The notes: generated by a model from the letters alone, not told the origin. Counted from the first letter of the stretch, positions 44,333-53,855 are shown. The stretch: DNA of 64,000 nt from Acidobacteriaceae bacterium (GCA_030041515.1 JASHNS010000042.1:24067-88066), one strand, 5' to 3'. Numbers and translations: made by a program.

Positions 44333-44956
44333 ATGTTGGCTCGCAGACTTTCCCAGACGGCCGCGCAGAGCGGTCGTTTTTCCTTCAGCGCGAAAGCTTC
44401 CCCCGAGGTTTCCAGCCGCCCGCGCGTCCGCTCCACGACCGTCATCTGCGTCCGACGCAATAGCTCCGTTGTGATGGCGGCCGACGGCCAGGTCACCATG
44501 GGCGAGGCCGTCTTCAAGCACACCGCGAAGAAGATCCGGCGCCTCTATCAGGACAAAATCCTCGCCGGATTCGCAGGTTCCACCGCCGACGCGTTCTCGC
44601 TCTTCAGCCGCTTCGAGAGCAAGCTGGAACAATACGCCGGCAATCTGGGCCGCTCCGCCGTCGAGCTGGCCAAGGACTGGCGCACCGATAAGATGCTGCG
44701 CTCTCTCGAGGCCCTGCTCGTCGTCTCCGATGTCTCGCAGACCTTCCTCATCAGCGGCTCCGGCGACGTGATCGAGCCGGACGAGGGCATCGCCGCCATT
44801 GGCAGCGGAGGCTCGTACGCTCTCGCCGCCGCGCGCGCGCTCATGGATAACACCGAACTCGGCGCCCGCGATATTGCCGAGAAGGCCCTGCGCATCGCCG
44901 GCCAGATCTGCATTTATACGAACGACAAAATTACGATCGAAGAGCTGCACGCCTAG
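44333..44956 (+). CDS. hslV: ATP-dependent protease subunit HslV with an unusual 34-aa N-terminal extension
   Basis: The core is [57 protein letters not shown], which compares with E. coli [20 protein letters not shown]. The nearest in-frame start upstream of the Thr-Thr codons (44435-44440) is ATG 44333 / TTG 44336. Confidence 0.85.
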   Translation: MLARRLSQTAAQSGRFSFSAKASPEVSSRPRVRSTTVICVRRNSSVVMAADGQVTMGEAVFKHTAKKIRRLYQDKILAGFAGSTADAFSLFSRFESKLEQYAGNLGRSAVELAKDWRTDKMLRSLEALLVVSDVSQTFLISGSGDVIEPDEGIAAIGSGGSYALAAARALMDNTELGARDIAEKALRIAGQICIYTNDKITIEELHA

Positions 44957-45027
44957 GCCGATGAAAGTGATCCAGCATCAGAGTCCGACGCCAGCCACCG
45001 AAGACACTCACCGGTTTCAGCCTCTGT

Positions 45028-45093
45028 GCTTTGTATCAGGGCACGACTTGAGTCGTGCCGTACAGGCCGCAAATATTCTGGGGCTTTAGCCCC
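45028..45093. repeat. Intergenic composite hairpin repeat, copy A (hslV-hslU spacer)
   Basis: The sequence GCTTTGTATCAGGGCACGACTTGAGTCGTGCCG includes the hairpin GGCACGAC/GTCGTGCC. It is followed by GGGGCTTTAGCCCC. A 33-nt stretch matches 49416-49448 with 1 mismatch. Confidence 0.8.
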
Positions 45094-45112
45094 TGAGATG
45101 GATCATTAGAGT

Positions 45113-46699
<1,587 letters not shown>

Positions 46700-46748
46700 G
46701 CCGCGCAACCGGCTGCTCGAAGCGTCCGTGCAGCCGGCGATACGCGGC
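46700..46748. terminator. Long GC hairpin between convergent hslU and the 46764 gene (no U-tract)
   Basis: The outer stem is GCCGCG/CGCGGC and the inner stem is CCGGCTGC/GCAGCCGG. It starts 1 nt after the hslU stop. Confidence 0.35.
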
Positions 46749-46763
46749 CCATGGCCAGCTGCT

Positions 46764-47453
46764 CTATGAGGCGTTAGCTGGCTCCGGGCTCGCGGCGGTC
46801 CAACTCTTCCAGACCAGGAATCCGATGCCGCCTTCGCCGCCCAGGATCAATGCGAGAAAAATGTAATTCGGCCAGTGATGTCTGTACTCCGCGTAGAGCT
46901 TCCAGTAAGATTGCGCGCCTCGCTGGGCTTCATCGTTGGAGGCATCCCACGTAAGCGGCCCTTCTGGAAAAGACTGGTAAGCCTGGGTGCGAGTATCAAA
47001 TACGAACTGAAGGACGCTGGAAGTCTTGAAGTCGAACTGGGTCCCGACAAATTTCCCGTCGACGAATTGCAGATCCATGATTGAGCGGACATAGCCCGGG
47101 CCCGCGATGGGGACATCGGTTTGCGCGCCTGGGGCTCTTATGTAGCCGTCATACGTATTATGGCTGCCCAGAACATAACCATTTGGCAGGGTGACGTAGG
47201 GGTCCCCACTCAGCCCACAGTCCTGATGCGCTAACTTGTTAGATATCTGGACGTGTATTAGAAACGCGGCGGCGATCCAGAGCAGACCGAGGAACGGTGC
47301 GACGACTCCGACAAATATCGCCTTACGGGTACTCAGCCCGCGTCGTACCCGCCGCTTCGCCGCGACATAGAGAATAGCCGCTAAAAGGGATGCGGCTAGC
47401 AAGCCCGCAAATGCCAGAGTCACCAAGGTCATGAAAACCGCGAATCCAGCCAT
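46764..47453 (-). CDS. Hypothetical membrane protein (2 N-terminal plus 1 C-terminal TM helices around a beta-rich extracytoplasmic domain)
   Basis: The product is 229 aa with no family I recognise. Sampled 60-nt lines give 50-57% GC, visibly lower than about 65% in the flanking genes. Confidence 0.55.
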   Translation of the reverse strand: MAGFAVFMTLVTLAFAGLLAASLLAAILYVAAKRRVRRGLSTRKAIFVGVVAPFLGLLWIAAAFLIHVQISNKLAHQDCGLSGDPYVTLPNGYVLGSHNTYDGYIRAPGAQTDVPIAGPGYVRSIMDLQFVDGKFVGTQFDFKTSSVLQFVFDTRTQAYQSFPEGPLTWDASNDEAQRGAQSYWKLYAEYRHHWPNYIFLALILGGEGGIGFLVWKSWTAASPEPANAS

Positions 47454-47528
47454 GGCGCGATTCTATCCCCACTTCGCACAGAATCCCGCGTTATTGGTTC
47501 GTCGTCAGCAAGCCCAGGACAACTGGAG

Positions 47529-48116
47529 TCACTCCGTCTCCCCCGCTCCCGTCCTTGGCAGCCACAGCAGCTCGTTCCCGAACGGGAGCATCACCCCGCA
47601 GCTCCGGCTTTTCAGCATCCCCGGATCGGGCTCCTCGATCATGTCCAGCGTCAACATCTCCGGCCCAATCGCCGCCACGCGGAACGGAACCTCGCGGTAG
47701 ATGCCCTGGGCCAGCCCCGCCAGCCACTCATCCACTTCCTGCGTCCACGGCCGCCCGGTGTCGCCAAACGGATACGTTCCGACGTCGTAGCAGCGGCCCA
47801 GTCCCGCAATCGGGAGGAAGAAGATGAACCAGCCCCGCTCCAGGTTAACCGCGCAGCCGCACGGGGCGTTCTTCCCGTCGGGCAGATGCGCCACGCCGTA
47901 CAGATGCTTCGTCAGCAGATCTGTGGTCACCAGGATGTCGAACGGGTCGAGCGCCGGGTCCGCCTCGGGGTCGAACTCCCGCTCCGTCCACACGCCGGTC
48001 ACCTGCGGCAGCGCCCACAGCGTCTGCGCTGCCTCCACCCAGTCGAAGCCGTTGTCGAACTGCATGAAGAGCTCGTAGTGACCGTCGAGCCAGTCGCGTT
48101 CCTGCCAGCGCGCCAT
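47529..48116 (-). CDS. Hypothetical cytoplasmic protein
   Basis: I chose ATG 48116 (MARWQERDW...). The alternative ATG 48224 would sit 12 nt from the divergent ispE start. The track ORF to 48602 runs antisense through ispE and is a shadow. No family recognised. Confidence 0.5.
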   Translation of the reverse strand: MARWQERDWLDGHYELFMQFDNGFDWVEAAQTLWALPQVTGVWTEREFDPEADPALDPFDILVTTDLLTKHLYGVAHLPDGKNAPCGCAVNLERGWFIFFLPIAGLGRCYDVGTYPFGDTGRPWTQEVDEWLAGLAQGIYREVPFRVAAIGPEMLTLDMIEEPDPGMLKSRSCGVMLPFGNELLWLPRTGAGETE

Positions 48117-48236
48117 GCGCTCCAGAGTACAGGAGATAGACTGTGATCCTGAGCGAACTTTGCCGCGCGGGAGCGTGACAAACGGGTCGAAGAGCCTGGC
48201 CTGAGCAGTCGAAGGCACCCGCATTTCGGATTCATC

Positions 48237-49313
48237 ATGTCCACCACCGTCAAGTCGTTTTGTAAGATCAATCTCGGCCTCGCCATCGGCCCGGCCCGCG
48301 CGGACGGCTTCCACTCGCTCACCACCTGCTACCAGACCCTTGCCGCGCACGATCTGGTCACCGTCGAGGCGGCGCCGGCGGCGCAGACCGCGCTTGAGAT
48401 TCGCTGCTCGGATCCACGCGTCCCCTGCGACTCGTCCAACACGGCCTGGAAGATTGCCGACCTTGCCCTCCGCTCGCTGGGCGTCACCGCGCAGGTCCAT
48501 ATTCATATCGAGAAGCGCTTGCCCGTCCAGGGGGGCCTGGGCGCCGGATCGGCCAATGCCGTCGCTGCGCTGCTCGCGCTCGAAGCCGAACTGGGCCGCC
48601 ACGGCATCGAGCCGCTGCCCGGCCCGGAAAGGCTCCGCATCGCCGCCCAGGTCGGCTCCGATGTGCCGCTCTTCCTCCTCGGCGGATCGGTTCTGGGTGT
48701 CGGACGCGGCGAGGAGGTCTACCCCCTCCCCGACCTGCCGCCGACGGAGTGCGTTCTCGCCCTGCCGGACGTCGGCGTCTCCACGCCCCAGGCCTTCCGC
48801 GACTGGGATGAACGACAGAGCACGGAGCGCAGAGCTCAGAACTCAGCAGGCGCAACGGGCCCGACTGCGGCCGATCCCGACGCAACTGCGGGGTTTACCC
48901 GCAAAAGCCGCTCTGATAAACTGATTCCGTTGAGTCGAGCTCTGGCCTCGGCATTTGTTGCCGGGCCAATGGCAGCTGCGCACTCCTCCGGTGTCTCCGC
49001 TTCGGGCGGAGACCAGTACGAGAGCCCACTTCTCGCGCTTGTCCGAACCGGGATGGAAAACGACTTCGAAGAGGTCGTCTTCCCTGCTCATCCCTCTCTC
49101 GGAACAATCAAGCGCATTCTGGCGGGCTCCGGCACCCAGGAGGCGATCTGCGCGGCGCTCTCCGGCTCCGGATCGGCCCTGTTCGGCCTGTACGGATCCG
49201 CGGAAGCCGCGGCGGCTGCGCAAGTAAGGCTCACGGAATCTGGCATTCGCTCGCTGCGGACCCAAACCCTACCCCGCGACGAATACTGGAAGCAGTTGGA
49301 CGGTAACAGATAG
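48237..49313 (+). CDS. ispE: 4-diphosphocytidyl-2-C-methyl-D-erythritol kinase IspE (with a low-complexity insertion)
   Basis: It is a GHMP kinase with motifs KINLGLAI, IEKRLPVQGGLGAGSANAVAAL and SGSGSALFGLY. It is 358 aa against about 285 aa typically. Confidence 0.9.
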   Translation: MSTTVKSFCKINLGLAIGPARADGFHSLTTCYQTLAAHDLVTVEAAPAAQTALEIRCSDPRVPCDSSNTAWKIADLALRSLGVTAQVHIHIEKRLPVQGGLGAGSANAVAALLALEAELGRHGIEPLPGPERLRIAAQVGSDVPLFLLGGSVLGVGRGEEVYPLPDLPPTECVLALPDVGVSTPQAFRDWDERQSTERRAQNSAGATGPTAADPDATAGFTRKSRSDKLIPLSRALASAFVAGPMAAAHSSGVSASGGDQYESPLLALVRTGMENDFEEVVFPAHPSLGTIKRILAGSGTQEAICAALSGSGSALFGLYGSAEAAAAAQVRLTESGIRSLRTQTLPRDEYWKQLDGNR

Positions 49314-49327
49314 ATTTTTCAGCCGAC

Positions 49328-49480
49328 GCCCTGCGAAGCAGGGCTGCGGTAGAAGCACCGGGCTTCAGCCCGGTGAATGGAAGTCGGAGGAGTTCCGGGC
49401 TTTAGCCCTGGAAAGGCTTTGTATCAGGGCACGACTTCAGTCGTGCCGAAAAGGGCTCAAAACAAGAGGGCTTTAGCCCC
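49328..49480. repeat. Cluster of intergenic hairpin repeats, copy B (ispE - tRNA-Gln spacer)
   Basis: There are five hairpins: GCCCTGC-GAA-GCAGGGC, CACCGGGCT-TC-AGCCCGGTG, GGGCT-TT-AGCCC, GGCACGAC-TTCA-GTCGTGCC and GGGCT-TT-AGCCC. The cluster shares blocks with copies A and C. Confidence 0.8.
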
Positions 49481-49502
49481 TGTAGGCCAAGGGCAGATTC
49501 AC

Positions 49503-49576
49503 TGGGCGATCGACTAATGGTAGGTCAAGTGCCTTTGGAGCACTTTGTCCAGGTTCGAATCCTGGTCGCCCAGCCA
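49503..49576 (+). tRNA. tRNA-Gln (anticodon TTG), CCA encoded
   Basis: It folds as a 74-nt cloverleaf: acceptor TGGGCGA/TCGCCCA, D arm GACT/GGTC, anticodon stem AGTGC/GCACT with loop CTTTGGA, T arm CCAGG-TTCGAAT-CCTGG, and discriminator G. Confidence 0.95.
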
Positions 49577-49653
49577 AACTTTGCAGCAGTCCACGCCGGC
49601 GCCAACCGCGTCGGTCAACCGCAAGGATCATAGCCAACCAGCTGGAGGATCTT

Positions 49654-50760
49654 GTGAGCACGACGGAACAGAAGCCAATCGCGGCCTCGACCAACGGCAA
49701 TGCAGCCGACGAGAGCCACAGCGACGATCTCCGCACGGGCCAGAGCGGCGGGCCCAACCGCCCAAAGGAAGGCGACGGAAAGACCAAGCCGGCCGCTCGC
49801 CGCTCCCGCGTTTCCAATGAAGACCGCCGTTTCAAGATTTTTTCCGGCACCGCCAATCGTCCCCTCGCCGAAGCCATCTGCGAGCACATCGGCGTCAAGC
49901 TGGGCGAGACTAAAATCCAGCGTTTTGCCGACGGCGAGGTTTATTTCCAGCTCCTCGAGAACGTGCGTGGCGCGGACGTCTTTGTCGTCCAGCCCACCTG
50001 CTTCCCTGTCGATCAGCATCTGGTTGAGCTGCTCATCATGATCGACGCCCTCAAGCGCGCCTCGGCCGGCCGCATCACGGTGGTCATGCCGTATTACGGC
50101 TACGCCCGCCAGGACCGCAAAGACCGTCCCCGCGTCGCCATCTCGTCGAAGCTGGTCGCCGACCTCATCACCACCGCCGGCGCGCACCGCGCGCTCTTCA
50201 TGGACCTGCACGCCGCGCAGATTCAGGGCTTCTTCAACATTCCCGTCGATCACATGTTCGCGAGCCCGGTGCTCGTCAGCCATTTCCGCGAGCTGAATCT
50301 GCCCAACCTCACGGTTGTGTCGCCGGACGCCGGAGGCGTGGAGCGCGCCCGTCATACGGCGACGAAGCTCGGCTGCCCCATGGCCATCGTCGACAAGCGC
50401 CGCACCGACATCAACGTCACCGAAGTGATGCACATCATCGGTGAAGTCGAGGGCCAGACCTGCATCATCGTCGACGACATCGTGGACACGGCCAGCACGC
50501 TGGTGAAAACAGCCGACGCGCTGCTCGAGCAGGGCGCGCTCGGAGTCTACGCCTGCGCCTCGCATGCGGTGCTGTCCGGCCCGGCCATTGAGCGCATCGC
50601 CAACTCCCGCCTCGAGCAGCTGGTCGTGACCGATTCGATTCCGCTGCGCGAAGAGGCTCGGGCGCTCAGCAAGATTAAAGTTCGATCCGTGGCCGGCCTG
50701 ATGGCCGCAACCATCGAGAACATTCACATGGAAACCAGCGTCAGCGCGCTGTTCAGCTGA
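49654..50760 (+). CDS. prs: Ribose-phosphate pyrophosphokinase (PRPP synthetase) with a 59-aa N-terminal extension
   Basis: GTG 49654 lies 6 nt after GGAGG. The core starts at FKIFSGTANRPLAEAI and includes GEVYFQLLENVRGADVFVVQP, MPYYGYARQDRK and IIVDDIVDTASTL. Confidence 0.9.
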   Translation: MSTTEQKPIAASTNGNAADESHSDDLRTGQSGGPNRPKEGDGKTKPAARRSRVSNEDRRFKIFSGTANRPLAEAICEHIGVKLGETKIQRFADGEVYFQLLENVRGADVFVVQPTCFPVDQHLVELLIMIDALKRASAGRITVVMPYYGYARQDRKDRPRVAISSKLVADLITTAGAHRALFMDLHAAQIQGFFNIPVDHMFASPVLVSHFRELNLPNLTVVSPDAGGVERARHTATKLGCPMAIVDKRRTDINVTEVMHIIGEVEGQTCIIVDDIVDTASTLVKTADALLEQGALGVYACASHAVLSGPAIERIANSRLEQLVVTDSIPLREEARALSKIKVRSVAGLMAATIENIHMETSVSALFS

Positions 50761-50938
50761 CCGGAAGCAGCAACCAGCTGTCAGCCGCGCGCTGCCAGCA
50801 CAACATCAACCGCGACGTCGCTCTAAAAGACCTCGCCGCAAAGGGAGTGGAAGAAGCATTCGACAGCGTCAGCCGTACTTACTGATTACTGGCTCCTGAC
50901 TACTGTCTCCTGCCTTTCATGCCCGAAGGAAAAACGAA

Positions 50939-51655
50939 ATGATCACTCAGGAAACCGTTACAGCCGTCGCCCGCGAGGGCAAGTTCAACAAGAATGCGGC
51001 GCGCCGCGTGCGCGTGCAGGGGAAAATCCCCGCCGTCGTCTATGGAGCCGCGCAGCCGGCCGTTGCCGTCGAGGTCGACCCGAAACAGATCCAGCGCATC
51101 CTGCATTCCGAGTCCGGACACAACTCCATCTTCGATCTTCAGGTCGGCAGCGACACCGCCAAGGCCATGATCGTCGACTGGCAGTACGAGCCGATCAAGG
51201 GCAAACTCATCCACATCGATCTGAAGCGCATCGCGCTCGATAAGCCGATTCGCGTCGAAGTGCCCATTCAGCTCAGCGGCGTTCCGGTCGGCGTGAAGAC
51301 GCAGGGCGGCATTCTCGACCAGATGCTGCGCGAAATCGAGCTGGAGTGCCTGCCGGCCGACATCCCCGCGCACATCGTCGTGGATGTCTCCGAGCTGACG
51401 TTTGGCATGGTGCTGCGTGTTTCCGGTTTGCCGCACTCCGGCAGCCTGCGGTTCCTCACTCCGGAGGACACGCCGGTAGCGCACATTACCTCTGTCAAGG
51501 AAGAAGTGGTGGCGACGCCGGAAGCCGAAGCGGCTGCCGCAACCGCGGCGCCGGCAGAGCCGGAAGTGGTGAAGAAGGGCAAGCAGGAAACCGCCGAAGC
51601 AGGCGCCGCTCCCGCCGCAGAAAAGGGCGCGGGCGACAAGGGCGGCAAGAAGTAA
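50939..51655 (+). CDS. rplY: 50S ribosomal protein L25 / general stress protein Ctc form
   Basis: Motifs are REGKFNKNAARRVRVQGKIPAVVYG and IHIDLKRI, with a C-terminal Ala/Glu/Lys-rich tail. The prs-rplY-pth order is conserved synteny. Confidence 0.9.
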   Translation: MITQETVTAVAREGKFNKNAARRVRVQGKIPAVVYGAAQPAVAVEVDPKQIQRILHSESGHNSIFDLQVGSDTAKAMIVDWQYEPIKGKLIHIDLKRIALDKPIRVEVPIQLSGVPVGVKTQGGILDQMLREIELECLPADIPAHIVVDVSELTFGMVLRVSGLPHSGSLRFLTPEDTPVAHITSVKEEVVATPEAEAAAATAAPAEPEVVKKGKQETAEAGAAPAAEKGAGDKGGKK

Positions 51656-52276
51656 GTGGGCGCGTTTCTGGTGGTCGGTCTCGGCAACCCCGGCATCGAG
51701 TACCAGTTCACGCCCCACAACGCGGGGTTTTTGGCGATCGACCGCATCGCCGACAATTTGGGCGCGACCGTGGCCAACCGCCGCTGCCGCGCCTTGACGG
51801 CAAAGGTTCGCATGGCCGGCCGGGATGTCATCCTCGCCAAGCCGGAGACCTTTATGAACCTCAGCGGGATTTCCGTGGGGGCGCTCGTCGACGAGCTCGA
51901 ACTGGAATTCGTCGACAACTCCCCGCGCAACCTGCTGGTTTTGTACGACGAGCTGGACTTGCCTCTTGGCACGCTGCGCGTTCGCGAGCGGGGCAGCCCG
52001 GCCGGACATAACGGAGCGCGTTCGGTTTCCGGAGTTCTCGGAACCGACGACTGGGCGCGCATCCGCATCGGAGTTGGGCCGGAAGCGGGCGCTCCGGAAG
52101 GCATGCGGCGCGGGAAGGATTACCTGCTCACGCCCATGGGCAAACGGGATTTGGCGGCGATCGATCCGGTCCTCGACCGTGTCGCTCGCGCCGTGGAAGT
52201 GGTGGTCGCTCAGGGTATCGGCGCCGCCATGAATGAGTTCAACCGCCGGGACGAAACCGAGCCCGGCGGGAAATAG
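51656..52276 (+). CDS. pth: Peptidyl-tRNA hydrolase
   Basis: Motifs are LVVGLGNPGIEYQFTPHNAGF, ETFMNLSG and GSPAGHNGARS. The GTG start immediately follows the rplY stop. Confidence 0.9.
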   Translation: MGAFLVVGLGNPGIEYQFTPHNAGFLAIDRIADNLGATVANRRCRALTAKVRMAGRDVILAKPETFMNLSGISVGALVDELELEFVDNSPRNLLVLYDELDLPLGTLRVRERGSPAGHNGARSVSGVLGTDDWARIRIGVGPEAGAPEGMRRGKDYLLTPMGKRDLAAIDPVLDRVARAVEVVVAQGIGAAMNEFNRRDETEPGGK

Positions 52277-52333
52277 CAAGTTCGGAAGCGAATTTTGCCG
52301 GCCCACGAGGCCGGAGGGAAAGAGAAGCAAACC

Positions 52334-52780
52334 ATGCAGCAGCGTTTCTACGAAGTCATGTTCATCGTCCGCCCCGATGTGGCCGACGAAGACCTCGATA
52401 AGCTGATCGCCGGCTTCGAGCAAACCGTCACCAGCGGAGGCGGGCAGGTCCGCTCCACCGAAAAAATGGGCCGCCGCAAGCTCGCTTACGTCGTCCGCAA
52501 GTTCAGCGAGGGCAACTACATCCTGCTCACCATCGACGCCAACGGCGCTTTGGTGGCCGAGCTGGAGCGCCGTCTCCGCGTCTCCGAGCCGGTGATCAAG
52601 TTCATCACCGTGCGCATGGACGAGGAGGACAAGCGCCTCTCGAAGATCAAGGCGATCCGCGCCACGCGCAAGAAGCTGAGCGCCATGCCCGCCGCCTCCC
52701 CCGAACCGGCGCCCGCGCATCCCGCTCCAGCGGCTGCAGAATCGGCTCCCGCGGAAACCGCCGCTCCCGCCAGCGCGTAG
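52334..52780 (+). CDS. rpsF: 30S ribosomal protein S6 (Ala/Pro-rich C-terminal tail)
   Basis: ATG 52334 follows GGAGGGAAAGAG. The N-terminal sequence is [16 protein letters not shown]...GRRKLAY. Confidence 0.9.
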   Translation: MQQRFYEVMFIVRPDVADEDLDKLIAGFEQTVTSGGGQVRSTEKMGRRKLAYVVRKFSEGNYILLTIDANGALVAELERRLRVSEPVIKFITVRMDEEDKRLSKIKAIRATRKKLSAMPAASPEPAPAHPAPAAAESAPAETAAPASA

Positions 52781-52831
52781 CACTGGCGAGAAGATCGAGT
52801 TTTTAGCCGAAGTTTCCGCACAGCGGGACGA

Positions 52832-52894
52832 CGGTAGAAGCAGCGGGCTTCAGTCCGCTCAACAGCCGCAGGAAGACAGGGGGCGTGAGTCCCC
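52832..52894. repeat. Intergenic hairpin repeat, copy C (rpsF-rpsR spacer)
   Basis: CGGTAGAAGCAGCGGGCTTCAGTCCG matches 49347-49372 at 24/26 positions. It is followed by GGGGGC-GTGA-GTCCCC. A further hairpin, GGCCGGC-GCT-GCCGGCC, lies at 52920-52936. Confidence 0.7.
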
Positions 52895-52952
52895 GGGGTT
52901 CCCGCAAAAAAAGTTTGAAGGCCGGCGCTGCCGGCCGGAAGGAAAAAAAGAA

Positions 52953-53288
52953 ATGCCTGACGAAACCACCACTTCTGCACCTCGTTCTGAAGCACGGTCT
53001 GAAGGTCCCGGAGGCCGTCCTGCTGGTCCGGGGGGCCGTCCCGGCGGACCCGGGGGCCCTGGCGGCCGCAAGTTCTTCCGCCGCAAGAAGGTCTGCAAGT
53101 TCTGCACTGAGAAGATCGACGCCATCTCCTATCGCGACGTCCGTCTTCTGCAGGGCTTCGTAGCTGAGCGCGGCAAGATCGTGCCTCGCCGTCTCACCGG
53201 CGTTTGCCCCGAGCATCAGCGGCGTCTCAGCCGAGCCATCAAACAGGCTCGCAACATCGCCCTGCTGCCCTTCGCTGCCGGGTTTTAA
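52953..53288 (+). CDS. rpsR: 30S ribosomal protein S18 (Gly/Pro-rich N-terminal extension)
   Basis: The core is [67 protein letters not shown]. Confidence 0.95.
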   Translation: MPDETTTSAPRSEARSEGPGGRPAGPGGRPGGPGGPGGRKFFRRKKVCKFCTEKIDAISYRDVRLLQGFVAERGKIVPRRLTGVCPEHQRRLSRAIKQARNIALLPFAAGF

Positions 53289-53312
53289 GCGCTGGCTGCT
53301 GGCCGCCCTGCC

Positions 53313-53372
53313 GCTGACCGTTTCATCGCTGGCCGGTTTTTAGCTGACCGGCTTTTAGCTGACCGCTTTTTA
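53313..53372. repeat. 15-bp direct tandem repeat x4 in the rpsR-rplI spacer
   Basis: The units are GCTGACCGTTTCATC, GCTGGCCGGTTTTTA, GCTGACCGGCTTTTA and GCTGACCGCTTTTTA, followed by a partial unit GCTGGGAG that supplies the rplI Shine-Dalgarno. Confidence 0.8.
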
Positions 53373-53386
53373 GCTGGGAGATTGTC

Positions 53387-53845
53387 ATGGAAGTCATCCT
53401 CAAGGAAGATATCTCGAACCTCGGCCACCGCGGCGACGTCGTCAAAGTTGCCGACGGCTACGGCCGCAACTACCTCCTGCCGCGCAAGCTCGCCCTGGAG
53501 GCCACCGCCGCCAACAAGGCCGTCATTGAGCAGATGAAGGCTGCCGCCGTCCGCCGCTCCGCGAAAGAGAAGGCCGAGGCCGAGCAGCTGGTCACGCAGC
53601 TCAACACCCTCGCACTCACCTTTACCCGCCGCGTCGGCGAGAACGAGCACCTCTTCGGCTCCGTCACCTCCTCCGACATCGCGCAGGAGCTGGCCGCCAA
53701 AGGCTTCACGATCGACCGCCGCAAGGTGCAGCTCGATGAGCCGCTGAAGTCCACCGGCGAGTTCCACGTCCCTGTGAAGCTGCACCGCGAAGTCACCGCG
53801 CACGTCAGCGTTACCGTCAAAGGCGAGGAAGTCCCCGCCGAGTAA
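53387..53845 (+). CDS. rplI: 50S ribosomal protein L9
   Basis: The N-terminal sequence is MEVILKEDISNLGHRGDVVKVADGYGRNYLLPRKLA, followed by a long connecting helix and the C-terminal domain. Confidence 0.95.
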   Translation: MEVILKEDISNLGHRGDVVKVADGYGRNYLLPRKLALEATAANKAVIEQMKAAAVRRSAKEKAEAEQLVTQLNTLALTFTRRVGENEHLFGSVTSSDIAQELAAKGFTIDRRKVQLDEPLKSTGEFHVPVKLHREVTAHVSVTVKGEEVPAE

Positions 53846-53855
53846 CTCCCGGGTG

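Noticed and set aside
47529-48602. The full 357-aa version of the minus-strand ORF upstream of ispE.
   Set aside because: Its N-terminal 162 codons run antisense through the ispE coding region and are Arg/Gly-rich. The gene was trimmed to ATG 48116.
50900-52783. A 627-aa minus-strand ORF running antisense across rplY, pth and rpsF.
   Set aside because: It has the same shadow-ORF composition (runs of G, R, A). The plus-strand genes are unambiguous ribosomal-protein and Pth genes.
53313-53372. Whether the 15-bp tandem array could be a mini-CRISPR.
   Set aside because: The units are contiguous with no spacers, far shorter than CRISPR repeats, and there are no cas genes in the window.
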